From: Anaerolineae bacterium
Lineage (GTDB): Bacteria; Chloroflexota; Anaerolineae; B4-G1; SLSP01
Direction: 5' to 3'
Assembly: GCA_049975205.1 (NCBI GenBank)
Contig: JBNGDL010000018.1
Location: 1 to 56,509 of the forward strand
DNA: 56,509 nucleotides
The position numbers and the translations under genes were made by a program. Below the pieces are notes generated by a model. It saw nothing but the letters and a program-made list of their open reading frames with translations, ran no database searches and was not told the origin of the DNA. Positions 18,230 to 28,345 of this stretch are shown one piece after another (position 1 is the stretch's first letter; every line of letters starts with the position of its first letter).

Positions 18230-19050
18230 CCTTTGTTCAACGCGTCGGTATAGAGTGCATCTACCTGAGACACAAGATCGGTCATCTGCCCTAGATGTCG
18301 CTCGATCTCCTGGTTCAGACGCCTAACGTGGTCCTGTGCGAGGCCGCCCTCGGCTGCGATGAGGTGAAACTCACTAGCCGCCCTCGCCATCGCCGTGAGC
18401 GACTGCCCCAGCTGGGACTCAGCTTGCTGCATTTGGGCGTCCAGCAACTTCAGGCTCTCCCAGTCCTTGCCGAGCGCTTCCATCTCGTTGTTCAGACGCT
18501 CGATGATGTCAGGGTCCTTCTCATACTTAAGTCGGGCGACCAGGGTCTCGATCAGACCGGGTAGTTCCTGTCGCCGTAACTCCAACCGGTGATCGCGTTG
18601 GTAAGTGTCGGCGTATCTCGCAAGCAGCGCGCCCTGCTTGGTCCAATCGACCATCTGCTCGGCTGCGGTCTCCAGGGCTGCCCTGTGGGGCGAGCCCTTT
18701 GTTCGATAGAGGTCGGCCTCAGCCTGTCGGACGTAGTCCGTCATGGTCGCTACCCGCGTCCGGAGGGTCTGATCCTTGATCTCCTGGAGGTCGAGCCGCT
18801 CCCTCAAGAGCTGCCACAGCACCTTGGCCGAGGTCTCAGGATCCGTGAGGCTGGCGTAGACGACGGTGCCCCAGCCTACCAGTCCCAGCAGCGGCCATCC
18901 CCAGGAAGGCCACCAAGCGAACGGATGCGGCAAGAAGACGCTTAACAGGATCGTACCCGCCACCACGAGGGCGCTTTCGAGTCGCAGCAGGGCATACTGA
19001 AGGAAGGCGCTCGTTGCTCTGTTCCTCAGCTCGTCGTGCAAACTTGCCAT
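18226..19050 (-). CDS. hypothetical membrane protein with two N-terminal TM helices and a long coiled coil
   Basis: Hydrophobic segments at about residues 20-65, then heptad-rich helical region; stop overlaps the next start (ATGA). Confidence 0.8.
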   Translation of the reverse strand: MASLHDELRNRATSAFLQYALLRLESALVVAGTILLSVFLPHPFAWWPSWGWPLLGLVGWGTVVYASLTDPETSAKVLWQLLRERLDLQEIKDQTLRTRVATMTDYVRQAEADLYRTKGSPHRAALETAAEQMVDWTKQGALLARYADTYQRDHRLELRRQELPGLIETLVARLKYEKDPDIIERLNNEMEALGKDWESLKLLDAQMQQAESQLGQSLTAMARAASEFHLIAAEGGLAQDHVRRLNQEIERHLGQMTDLVSQVDALYTDALNKG

Positions 19051-19154
19051 CGTCTAGCCCTGTCGTCGATCACAAAAAAACAACACGCCGTGTCCTCGCA
19101 CGCTATCCGGCATCATCACGAGATTTCGCCGATGCTGCCCGCTGCCCTGAGCGA

Positions 19155-20930
19155 TCAGAAGTAGGTCGAGATGATCCTGTAGAGCTCCTCGATATCGGTC
19201 TCATCCGCCCTGCGGAATTGGCCGCCGCCGATGAGCGCGATCTCCTGCAACAGCTTTACGTCAGCGTCGTTCCCAAAGCCAATGGTGAATACGACGATGC
19301 GTTGGGAAGCACTGTCCTCGAAGGCGCGCTGGAGATCCCGGCTAGTCCGGCGGCTGGCGTTTTCTAGACCGTCGGTCATCACCACGATGGCGTTGATGGC
19401 CTCCGGGTCGTTCTCCGCGACGATCTGACGGTGCGCTTCCCAGATCCCGTCGAGCAGCGCGGTGTTGCCGTTGGGCCGCATCGCGCGAATCAGTGTCTCA
19501 ATCTGGTCTCGTCCAGCGTCGGTCACGGGTCGCAGCGGCGCGATCTGCTTCACCTCGCTTCCAAACTCGATGAGGCCTATCTGGTCCCGATCGCCGCGGA
19601 TATTGTCCACGAAGGCAAGCAAGGCCTCCTTCGCGAGGTCCATCTTGTCGCCCTCCTCCATGCTTCCGCTGGTGTCGACCACCAGGACAACGTTCGTGGG
19701 GCGTTTCGTGTACCACCAGACGTTCTGCACGACCTGGACCACCTGTTGAGACGGCATCTGCAAGGTCGTCTGGGGCTGCCGCCAATCGACGGCGTCGGTG
19801 CCGCTGAAGGGGCTGCCCGCGCTCTCCAGCGATAGCCCAAGGTCAGCAGGCCGGAAGCCCATCGAGAGCAGCATCAGCTGGGCCTCCTCGCTCGTGAGGA
19901 ACGATACAAAGGCCTGATAGGTGCGACGCTGTGCCTCACTCAGGGTCTCCAGCTCCAGCAGCGCCAGCGGATGGTCGGCCCAGAGGGTACCCTCTGCCGG
20001 GTAGATGGCGACGAGCCGCTCGGCGGGCTGAGTCTGGTTCCAGGCGATGACGACCTGCTCTTGAGCGACAAAGGCGTCGAGGAAGGCCCGGCCCTCGGTG
20101 CGCAGGCGCTCCAGAATGACGGCCTCGCCCTCTCCGTAGAAGCGCACGGTGCCCTCGACAGCACGGACGTACTCCAAGGTGGTTGGCGCGGTTGCGGCCT
20201 CCTCGGTCAGGCCGCGCGTGAGGCCAGCCCCGGCGTAGAACTCCGCCAGGGTCGCCAGCAGGCCGCTCGCGTTGTTGGTGCTTGGGTGGTTCCATTTGAA
20301 CTCGGGATCCCGGGTGGCCCTGAGCTGGATCTGCTCCCAACCGACCGGTTCGTGCGGCCAACCGAGCTGGCGCGCCGTGCTCTCCCAGGCGACGATGACG
20401 ATGGGGCTGACAGCATACCGAACCGGGGTACTCGTGCGGCGATTGGCTATGGGGATTACCGAGGCCTCGCCGTTGGTCTCCAGCGTCGTCGACCAACGCC
20501 GCTCCAATTGGTGGAACCAGAGGCTACTGTCCGGCGCCAGAGCCTGGAACGGGGGGGCGGCCTCCAGCCCTTGCTCGACCATCTTGTCGGGGGCAAGCTC
20601 CAGGGTAAGGATGGGGAGCAAGTCCTCCGCCGGGGCCTGCTTGTCGCCCTGGGCATTAAAGGTCTCAACCAGCCGATCGAAGGTCGGTTTCATCGCTGGG
20701 GACACAGCGATCGTAAGCTCACGGATATCCGCATCGACCGGCACCTCTTCCGTCCTCTGCGGCAGGCGCTCCTCCAGCCAGCCCAGGGCCAATCTTCCTC
20801 CGTAGACAACAGCTCCGAGCACCGCGCACGCCAGCCCAAAGCCGACGAGCAGCCAGGCGAGGCGCTTTTGCCGGCGCTGCCGGTGCGGGTCCGGCGGCAG
20901 GTTTAGCGGTGACTGCGTTCCGGTACTCAT
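19155..20930 (-). CDS. membrane-anchored extracellular solute-binding domain fused to a vWA domain
   Basis: N-terminal TM, SBP-like region (SPIVIVAW, YPAEGTLWADHP), vWA with intact MIDAS (VDTSGSM, GNTAL, MTDG). Confidence 0.88.
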   Translation of the reverse strand: MSTGTQSPLNLPPDPHRQRRQKRLAWLLVGFGLACAVLGAVVYGGRLALGWLEERLPQRTEEVPVDADIRELTIAVSPAMKPTFDRLVETFNAQGDKQAPAEDLLPILTLELAPDKMVEQGLEAAPPFQALAPDSSLWFHQLERRWSTTLETNGEASVIPIANRRTSTPVRYAVSPIVIVAWESTARQLGWPHEPVGWEQIQLRATRDPEFKWNHPSTNNASGLLATLAEFYAGAGLTRGLTEEAATAPTTLEYVRAVEGTVRFYGEGEAVILERLRTEGRAFLDAFVAQEQVVIAWNQTQPAERLVAIYPAEGTLWADHPLALLELETLSEAQRRTYQAFVSFLTSEEAQLMLLSMGFRPADLGLSLESAGSPFSGTDAVDWRQPQTTLQMPSQQVVQVVQNVWWYTKRPTNVVLVVDTSGSMEEGDKMDLAKEALLAFVDNIRGDRDQIGLIEFGSEVKQIAPLRPVTDAGRDQIETLIRAMRPNGNTALLDGIWEAHRQIVAENDPEAINAIVVMTDGLENASRRTSRDLQRAFEDSASQRIVVFTIGFGNDADVKLLQEIALIGGGQFRRADETDIEELYRIISTYF

Positions 20931-20931
20931 A

Positions 20932-22212
20932 TCACTCCGTCACGTTCAGCTCGAACCACCGCAATAGCGCAAGCAGCACATCCCGGTTGGGATTCCGCAT
21001 AGCGTCTGCGCGGGGTACTACGGTCTCGACCCCTCGACCCTGCCAGGTGATAAACAGGCTGTCGGCCACCGCATCGAGCGGTACCCTGGGATTGGCGGGT
21101 CGGAGGCCATAGGCCAGTCCGGCCTGCTGCTGCTCGTCGCTAAGAAGATAGCGCTGGAAATCCAGGGCTGCGTTTTTCTCGAGGGCCGTGGTCTCCGGCC
21201 CCACCCAGACGGAGAAGGGGAAGTCGAACCAAGTCACGTAGCGGGGGTAGTAGAGGTTGATGGGGTCCTCCCAACGCGTCAGGATTCCCTCCATGTTAAG
21301 TAGCAGGTCCGCCTCGAGCAGCTGACCGCCATCACCAACGCTGTACCCGAAAAGTGCGAAGTCCTCAGCTGTGTAGGCGCTGGCACTGCTGAAGTCGGTG
21401 ACGGCGCCCATCAGCTCCTGCAACCAGGCCTGGAAAGCGGGATCGGTGACATCGGCCACGCTGATGTCGGGGCGGCTGTGATACTCGCCAGCTGCCGCGA
21501 TCATCGCGTGGAGGCCGGCGACGTTCTTGTTGGGATTTGGTACTACGAGCTTGAAGTATCCCCAGCCGGGGTCGCCGCCCAGCTCGGGCCATCCACCCTT
21601 GGCAATGGCAGCATCGTGAATGGTGTCCCAGCTGATCTGACCGAACTCCTCCTGGAGCACCTTCGCGCGGCTCTCATAGAGCCCCCACGTCAGCAAGCTC
21701 GTGGCTATGGGGCGCGCGCGGTATTCGCCGTCGGTGAGGAACACGTCGCGTCCCAGGCGCTCCTTGTAGGAGGCATTGGCCAGCTCCACCAGGTAGCGGC
21801 TCTCCGGAATCCAGACGGCTGGGAAACCCGCCAAGGCCTCGCGACCGGCTTCGTCGAGATCCTCGGGTCGAACCCCGGATTCGAGCGCGCCAAAGGTATT
21901 GCGATCCCACCGACCCAGCGCGGTCAGCCCGTCCATCGCGGTGATCTCAACGGTGATGGGAACGCCTTCGATGCTAGGTGCGGTCGCGTTGTAGGCTTCG
22001 GCGGCGCTGCGGACCCAGGCCTCGACGGGCAGAGCGGTGATGACGCGCACAGTGATCGCGTCCGGCCGATCCACGGTGATGGGCTCTCCTTCGCCCGATG
22101 GGCCTGTGGGTGCGCCGCCATCGGGCCGTAGACCCTGGACAGCCAGGGAGACGCCTACGATGACGAGTGCGACCACTACGATGCCGACAAAGATCCAACG
22201 TGTACGATTCAT
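20932..22212 (-). CDS. membrane-anchored solute-binding-like protein, paralogous to the SBP part of the vWA fusion
   Basis: N-terminal TM; shares motifs with its neighbour (W.P.S, YP...W.D.P, FQRYLLS.EQQ, GLRPA); 1 nt from the next start. Confidence 0.82.
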   Translation of the reverse strand: MNRTRWIFVGIVVVALVIVGVSLAVQGLRPDGGAPTGPSGEGEPITVDRPDAITVRVITALPVEAWVRSAAEAYNATAPSIEGVPITVEITAMDGLTALGRWDRNTFGALESGVRPEDLDEAGREALAGFPAVWIPESRYLVELANASYKERLGRDVFLTDGEYRARPIATSLLTWGLYESRAKVLQEEFGQISWDTIHDAAIAKGGWPELGGDPGWGYFKLVVPNPNKNVAGLHAMIAAAGEYHSRPDISVADVTDPAFQAWLQELMGAVTDFSSASAYTAEDFALFGYSVGDGGQLLEADLLLNMEGILTRWEDPINLYYPRYVTWFDFPFSVWVGPETTALEKNAALDFQRYLLSDEQQQAGLAYGLRPANPRVPLDAVADSLFITWQGRGVETVVPRADAMRNPNRDVLLALLRWFELNVTE

Positions 22213-22372
22213 AGTTTCGTCCCTGGTCTGAAGATCATAGATCCTGCGTTATGCCTCATGCTTGGCTAGAATGAGCCGGTGGTGAGCCGTGTGTCTGACC
22301 GCTAGGCAGGCCCAGCTTGGCCCTGTTCATCATTACGAAAACAAGCGGCTTGTGTTGCATGCAGCCTGACGC

Positions 22373-23695
22373 TTACGAGGCGCTGGAACGGTCCAGCGAC
22401 CGCCACAAGCAGAGCTTTCCCTGGTCATCGGCAGAGGCCAACCACCGCCCTCCCGGGCTGAAATCGACCGCGCGCACGTGGCCTCCATGCTCTGAGAGGC
22501 TGCCCCGGAGGGTCCGGCGGTGCAGGTCCCAGAGACGCACCTCGCCCTGCCAATCACCTGCTGCTAACGTCGCCCCAGCGGGTGAAATCGCGATGCTAGT
22601 GATGAGGTGAACGGCCTCTTCCTCGATGACGAGTTGCCCCACGGAATCGCCCCGGAGTGGATTCCACAGTCGGACCGTCTCATCCCATCCACCGGACGCC
22701 ACGAGGGCGCCTTTGGCGCCGAAGCGCACGCAGGTCACCTGCGCTGTGTGCCCGGAAAGCGTCCAGAGCTCCTGAGCCTGGGCGACGTCCCAGAGGCGCA
22801 CGTTCCGGTCCCAGCCTCCTGCTGAGGCCAGCGTACGACCGTCGTCACTGACGGCGAGACCCAGCACGGCCTCACGATGGCCCGCGAGCGTGGCCTCCAT
22901 CCGGCCCGACTTGGCATCCCACAGGCGCAGGGTCGCGTCCCGGCTGCTCGAGGCTAGCAGATCACTCCCTGGGACAAAAACCATCCCTGTGATCTCCCCG
23001 CGGTGACCGCGCAGGCGAGGGATCTCGGCGCCGGCATTGGTCCATGGCCAGAGATAGATGCCGGTGTCGCCACTGCCCAGCGCCAGGGCTAGGCCGTCGA
23101 GGCGCCACGCCACGCTCGTGAGGATGCCCGTCTGCTGTTTGAGCATCGTGGTCTGCTCGCAGCTAGCGACGTCCCAGATGCGGGCTGACGTGTCGATCCC
23201 GACCGACGCAAGCTGATGCCCATCGGGGCTGAAGGCGAGATCGGCGATCTCGCCCTCGTGGGCCGTCCAACACTGGGCCAGCTGGAACCCGAGGGCCGTG
23301 GTGCGCTGAGTCGACGCGAGGGTTTCGGGTAGCGACTTTCGCGCCGCAGCTGCGGTTACAGCTGCAATCTGCGATTCTGAGCCAAGGGCGAGGGCCTCCG
23401 CCCAGATGCTGACGGCCCATAGCGCGGCGTCCGCGGACAGAGCCGTCGTGTCGCGCAGCTCCGCCGCCAGCCGCGGCAGGACCACGGTTAACGGCAGTTG
23501 GGCAGCCATGGCGCGTAGATCGCTCACGATGCCGTGCTCCAGTGCGCTTACCAGGACGAAGATCTCGCGCTGGTAGTCGCCACAGAAGTCGCGGAGCAAG
23601 GCCTCACAGCGCCGGTGGTCGTCGCAGACCTCGGGACCATACTGCTGCACGATGCGTTTGAGGCTTTGGCGTGGGACGTCGCTCATCGCATTCAT
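22373..23695 (-). CDS. WD40-repeat beta-propeller protein with an N-terminal helical domain
   Basis: About seven GH...WD repeats (LRGHRG, LAGHRE, LSGHTA; RLWD); N-terminal CDDHRRCEALLRDFCG domain. Confidence 0.9.
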   Translation of the reverse strand: MNAMSDVPRQSLKRIVQQYGPEVCDDHRRCEALLRDFCGDYQREIFVLVSALEHGIVSDLRAMAAQLPLTVVLPRLAAELRDTTALSADAALWAVSIWAEALALGSESQIAAVTAAAARKSLPETLASTQRTTALGFQLAQCWTAHEGEIADLAFSPDGHQLASVGIDTSARIWDVASCEQTTMLKQQTGILTSVAWRLDGLALALGSGDTGIYLWPWTNAGAEIPRLRGHRGEITGMVFVPGSDLLASSSRDATLRLWDAKSGRMEATLAGHREAVLGLAVSDDGRTLASAGGWDRNVRLWDVAQAQELWTLSGHTAQVTCVRFGAKGALVASGGWDETVRLWNPLRGDSVGQLVIEEEAVHLITSIAISPAGATLAAGDWQGEVRLWDLHRRTLRGSLSEHGGHVRAVDFSPGGRWLASADDQGKLCLWRSLDRSSAS

Positions 23696-23813
23696 CGGTG
23701 AGCGGATTATAGTCTCGGGTAGGGCGTTGCCAAGCTACTAGGCTCGCTGACATGCCGGAGCACTCCGGCAGAAAGGTGGTTGCGGCTACCACGACGTTAG
23801 GTTAGCTTCGCCT

Positions 23814-24656
23814 TCAGAGGGGCTCCCAGTTGGTCTCCGACGGGCCCGCGGGGAGCTGTGCGGCGATTGCATCCATAACTTGTCGGATGACGGCGTGGTC
23901 CCGCGCTGGCCGTGTCTGGGGCATCTCCGGCACGAAGGGAGCGCCAAAGCTGATCCGCAGTCTGCCATCGGGCTCCGAGACCCCCACCGGTAGGATCGGA
24001 AGCCCGGTCCGCACGAGGAGCGCGATGAATTCGCCAGCGCCTGCTGGAGGCTCCCCCAGTAGATTCGGTGAGTCCCGGCCCTCAGGAGCCAGGCCCAATA
24101 ACCCGCCCTCAGCGGCGACCCGACGGGCTAACCTCACCGTGCGCAAGACCGCAACAGCCCGGGCCTCGACTTCTTCAGGGGAGGGCGGCATGGGCGGCAT
24201 CGTGATCATATCATAGACGTCCGCCACCCTTGCAAAGGCCCAGCGCGTCAGCGGAGTCACGACGCGGTGTCGCCAGTCCCCTTCCGGATAACGCCAGGCC
24301 GCGGTCATCACCCAGTGGATGTTCTTTGGCGATCCCGGCGCCCGTTGCGCCGCGATCGCCGCGGTGATGCTCAGACCGGTCCACCACGCATCGAAGCCGG
24401 GGCGAGTATAGTGATTGCAGGTGACAAGGCACGCCCGTTCTGCCGGCACGTTTGCGGCGCCTACGATCTCAGGCTCCGGGTGAAGATGCTTTATGGCGGC
24501 GCCAGCGTCCGCGGCGCTCGAGCGCTTCCCCCCCACGAGCACGGAGCCCACCAACTTGCCAACGAGGAGGGGCGGAAGCTTGTAGGCTGGCAGCGGAGGG
24601 CCATCCTCACCACGGGCACGAGTCCGCGCTTGCGTATCTAGCCTTCTGAGTACCAT
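23814..24656 (-). CDS. PlsC-like acyltransferase family protein
   Basis: CNHYTRPGFD, GLAPEGRD, LPILPVGV...ISFGAP. Confidence 0.65.
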   Translation of the reverse strand: MVLRRLDTQARTRARGEDGPPLPAYKLPPLLVGKLVGSVLVGGKRSSAADAGAAIKHLHPEPEIVGAANVPAERACLVTCNHYTRPGFDAWWTGLSITAAIAAQRAPGSPKNIHWVMTAAWRYPEGDWRHRVVTPLTRWAFARVADVYDMITMPPMPPSPEEVEARAVAVLRTVRLARRVAAEGGLLGLAPEGRDSPNLLGEPPAGAGEFIALLVRTGLPILPVGVSEPDGRLRISFGAPFVPEMPQTRPARDHAVIRQVMDAIAAQLPAGPSETNWEPL

Positions 24657-24696
24657 GGGTGCATCCTACACCGTATTGCCGGGAGGGGAAGGCTTG

Positions 24697-25950
24697 ATGA
24701 AGCCTCGCGCTTATACCTTTGTGACGATGAACGTCTACTGGTTCGGGCTGGCCGTGATGTGGAACGCGCTCCATCCCATTGTACTGCCGGCTCTGCTCCT
24801 GCAACTCGTGCCCGAGGGCCTCAAGAATACATACCTCGGCGCGATGACCTTTGCGGGATTGCTCTTGGCGATGGGTGTTCAGCCGCTGGCGGGAGCGCTG
24901 AGTGATCGCACGCAGATTCGCTGGGGGCGGCGCCGCCCCTGGATCGTGCCCGGCACGATCGCCAGCTTGGTGTTGTTGGCGTTGATGGCCCGCGCTCAGA
25001 CGCTGTGGCAACTCGTGGTCGGCTATCTCCTCCTCCAGATTGTCTCCAACACAGCCCACGGCCCCGCTCAAGGCCTGATTCCCGACTTGGTGCCACCGGA
25101 GCGCCGCGGGCTTGCCTCCGGCATCAAGAATCTCTTCGATATGGGTGGCCTGATCGTGACATCGTTGATGGCGGGGCAGCTGATGGAGGAGAGTAGATCC
25201 GGCCTGACCTTCGCAGTCATCGGCGCTGTCTTGGCGGCGAGCGCCGCGGTGACCGTGTTGACTGTGCGAGAACCGGTTCCCGGCGCGCGTATTGCCACGC
25301 CCGTGACGGATGTGGGGCGGCTGGGCCATGCATTGGCCCGATACCCGACATACGGGCGTCTGCTGGTCGCACGCTTCCTGATCCTCTTGGGGATCTATGT
25401 CGTCCAGAGCTTTGCGCAGTACTACATCCGCGACTGGATCGGGGTCTCGAATCCCACAGCGGTCACGGGCAATCTGATGGCCGCCATCGGCGTGACGCTC
25501 ACGGTGCTGGTCTTCCCCGCGGGTTGGCTCTCTGATCGGGTCGGGCGGTGGGAGCTCAATGTCGCAGCCGGGGGTTTGGCCGCTCTAGGCATCTTTCTGC
25601 TAGTCTTTGCACGCAGCGTCAGTGCTGTCTATGCCTTCGGCGCGATCATCGGGATGGCGCTGGGTGTCTTTCTCAGCGTCAACTGGGCCTTGGCGACAGA
25701 CCTGATCCCTCAGAGTGAAGCGGGCAGGTATTTAGGGCTCTCCAACCTGGCGACGGCGGGAGCCGGCGCAGCTAGCCGGCTGGGCGGCCCTGTGATTGAT
25801 GGTCTCAATGCCCTGTTTCCGGGCTCATCGCTGGGATACCCGGCGACCTTTGCGCTGGCTGCGTTGGCGACGTTGGGCGGTGCCCTACTACTGGGCCGCC
25901 TGTGGCGGCGGGAGGGCTCGCCGGGAGTTAGAACGCCAGATACTGCTTGA
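24697..25950 (+). CDS. MFS transporter
   Basis: GALSDR...WGRRRPW and GWLSDRVGR motifs, about 12 TM; start likely ATG at 24697. Confidence 0.9.
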   Translation: MKPRAYTFVTMNVYWFGLAVMWNALHPIVLPALLLQLVPEGLKNTYLGAMTFAGLLLAMGVQPLAGALSDRTQIRWGRRRPWIVPGTIASLVLLALMARAQTLWQLVVGYLLLQIVSNTAHGPAQGLIPDLVPPERRGLASGIKNLFDMGGLIVTSLMAGQLMEESRSGLTFAVIGAVLAASAAVTVLTVREPVPGARIATPVTDVGRLGHALARYPTYGRLLVARFLILLGIYVVQSFAQYYIRDWIGVSNPTAVTGNLMAAIGVTLTVLVFPAGWLSDRVGRWELNVAAGGLAALGIFLLVFARSVSAVYAFGAIIGMALGVFLSVNWALATDLIPQSEAGRYLGLSNLATAGAGAASRLGGPVIDGLNALFPGSSLGYPATFALAALATLGGALLLGRLWRREGSPGVRTPDTA

Positions 25951-26983
25951 AGAAGGCCTCGGACTTGTTTCCACCCCAGCCGTGTTCTCCTGGATGGAGG
26001 TCGAGCTCTAGGCGGTCGCTGGCGCCGGCTGCGTTATAGATTCGCTCCAGTTGCCGGTAGCATTGCATCGCAGTGTCGACCTTGAAGCAGGTGTCGTTGG
26101 CGCCGATGTCGATCAGCAGGGGACGGGGCGCGATCAAGCCCTGGAGGTCGGGAAGATCCACGAGCTTGAAGAGCCCTGGTGCGACCTGCATCCCGCAGTA
26201 GTTGATATCGCGCATCCCGAAGGCCCACCAGAGGTCGCTGTAGCAGATGATCTCGCTGGCCTTGAAGCGCTCATCGCAGAGCGTCATCCACAGCGTCATC
26301 GTGCCCCCGCCGCTAAGGCCCATCACGCCGAGCCGATCGGGGTCGACGTTAGGGAATGCGCTGACGACGTCGGTCGCGACCTTGCCATGGGCCACGTTGA
26401 TCGACAGCGACGTCATGCCAAACATCGTGGCGTGAAGGTAGTAGAGGTTGCACCAGTCCCGGTTATTGGCCACCGAGAGGTGATTGGGCTTCTGGCTGTC
26501 GTTGCGCTCCCCAAAACCGATCCAGTCGATGGCGTAGGTGACGAAGCCTTTCTGCGCCATCACCTCGCCGTAGTTATAGTTGTGGTCCTCGATAGCCTGG
26601 CGCAGTTCGGGGCTGGTGTCGTTACCCATCACAGGCTCCTTGCCGAACTGCCCGTGACCGTGGCAGCAGAGGATGGCGGGGCGCTTTTCGCCCTCGGCAA
26701 GCCCTTTGGGGAGGTTGACGCGCAGGATCGCAGAGAGATAGGGCTGCACGTCGATGATCCACCGCTGGCAGCGCAGGCCTTTGTGGTCCCACTCGGCCAG
26801 GAGCTGCGGATTGGGATCGACACGGGGAGGGTAGTCACCCAGGGTGGCCAGCACCTTGGGGAGCGCCTCGGCTTTCCAAGCTTCGAAGGCTTCCTTGGTC
26901 GCGCCTGCGAAATGATATACTGGCGTATGAGCCTTTGCCATCTCGACGAACATCTGGTTAGGACTCAGGTTGCGGACGGTCAT
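25928..26983 (-). CDS. alpha/beta hydrolase (dienelactone hydrolase / acetyl xylan esterase-like)
   Basis: CCHGHG, IDWIGFGER, nucleophile GLSGGG, IAPRPLL, Asp (GAND) and His (GEHGW). Confidence 0.85.
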   Translation of the reverse strand: MTVRNLSPNQMFVEMAKAHTPVYHFAGATKEAFEAWKAEALPKVLATLGDYPPRVDPNPQLLAEWDHKGLRCQRWIIDVQPYLSAILRVNLPKGLAEGEKRPAILCCHGHGQFGKEPVMGNDTSPELRQAIEDHNYNYGEVMAQKGFVTYAIDWIGFGERNDSQKPNHLSVANNRDWCNLYYLHATMFGMTSLSINVAHGKVATDVVSAFPNVDPDRLGVMGLSGGGTMTLWMTLCDERFKASEIICYSDLWWAFGMRDINYCGMQVAPGLFKLVDLPDLQGLIAPRPLLIDIGANDTCFKVDTAMQCYRQLERIYNAAGASDRLELDLHPGEHGWGGNKSEAFFKQYLAF

Positions 26984-27035
26984 GGTCTACCTCCCCGTGT
27001 CGCTATCGGCACTTTGTGCCGGGTGTGAAGAAGCT

Positions 27036-27417
27036 TCATCTTCGGTAGTTCGAGGTCTGAAAGCTATCTCTCGCGAAAAGGACTCCTAGATCTGACTGGC
27101 GCGATTGTACTATGGGGCCAGAACCCTGCAAGACGTTGAGGCATCCATCGCACTGCCGCCGGTGTACGTTTTTCCAAGCTGAGGTCGGGCGAGGAGAGGG
27201 TACCTCCAAGTCATCGGCATCGTGCGCTACGGCAACCGGTGTCAGAGAGGCTCCAGAGGTGAGCTCCGCGGCGATCTGTGCGCTCTGCCGCGCCGGTTCC
27301 ATCTGTCCAGCTTGTCGTTTGGGAAGCAGGAGTGGTTCTGGTCACCTCCACGGGCAGGGCTGCACAAGCGGAGAGCGTCAGCGATAGAGATAATCCCAGA
27401 GCTGCGATTGTTCTCAT
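27036..27417 (-). pseudogene. frameshifted lipoprotein gene remnant
   Basis: MRTIAALGLSLSLTLSAC lipoprotein signal at 27417, then low-complexity linker sequence that continues in another frame. Confidence 0.35.
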
Positions 27418-27469
27418 CTCACATTGTCGCCTTCTCGTCGTGAACAGCGTCGTATAGTGACGCAGCGGT

Positions 27470-27670
27470 TTGGCTTGGCTGGATAGCCTGGAGTCCCCAG
27501 ACTGGGATGCTGAGGCCGAGGCACCCTGGGGCACGATGCGGGCTGGCGATATGCTTGCTTCCTGGGTGGTCCATGGTCAGTGGCACATTGAGCAACTGAT
27601 CCGACTACGGCGAGACTACACGATCGACCGGGCGCGGCCCTACGACGTTCGATATGCCGGCACGCTCTAG
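27470..27670 (+). pseudogene. C-terminal fragment of a DinB-like protein
   Basis: WLDSLESPDW...GDMLASWVVHGQWHIEQL (H...H metal-type motif), N-terminal part absent. Confidence 0.55.
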
Positions 27671-27724
27671 CTAGTGTGCTATGATGAGTGCGTTGAAGGT
27701 GACACTATCTTTCGGGAGCTACCG

Positions 27725-28345
27725 ATGAGGCCGCGGCCTGTGTGCAGACCAGCTATTGGACATCCTCTGGGGCTTATGCTGGGTGTATTGGCGGCCTTGT
27801 GGGTCGCCGGTGTGGCTGGCGCCGCACCGCTGCCACGGTGGCCCGTCATCGAGCTGCGCACCGTTTCGATCGCATCAGCGTCTGACAGCGAAACACTATC
27901 CCTGGGCCGCGCACCACGAATCCTTGGCGACGAGCTCTTCGCTCGTGATGCGGATGGATCATATCTGTGCCCACGCAGTATCGTGCAAAGGACGCCGGAA
28001 CGGTGTCCCCCCTTTGGCCCCGGTGTGCGCGAGGTGCGGGTGAGGGGCAGACGTGGGTGTGGGTTCATCACTCGGGTCCGGCGATGGTGCATAAACCCTG
28101 ACGGCAACGAGCGGCGGGTCGAGCACTACGGTCCGGTAGTTGACCTCGTCGGGATCCGCGACGCTTGCGAGCGATTCATTGTAGGCTTCCTCAGGCACGA
28201 TTTGCAGTCCTTGGCTCGTATGGTTGCGTGTGCTATGGCGCTCTTGTACGATCCCAGAACCGAAACGATCTGGGTGGGCGCATCGGGGAGGTCGAAAGCG
28301 TGGTTATCCCCAGATCTGGCGCATCTCCTGACAGCTGTCCATTAG
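27725..28345 (+). pseudogene. truncated secreted-protein gene (signal peptide plus Cys-containing N-terminus)
   Basis: Signal-peptide-like LGLMLGVLAALWVAGVAGAAP and C...CPPFGPG; later sequence loses protein-like composition and overlaps the ABC gene end. Confidence 0.3.
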
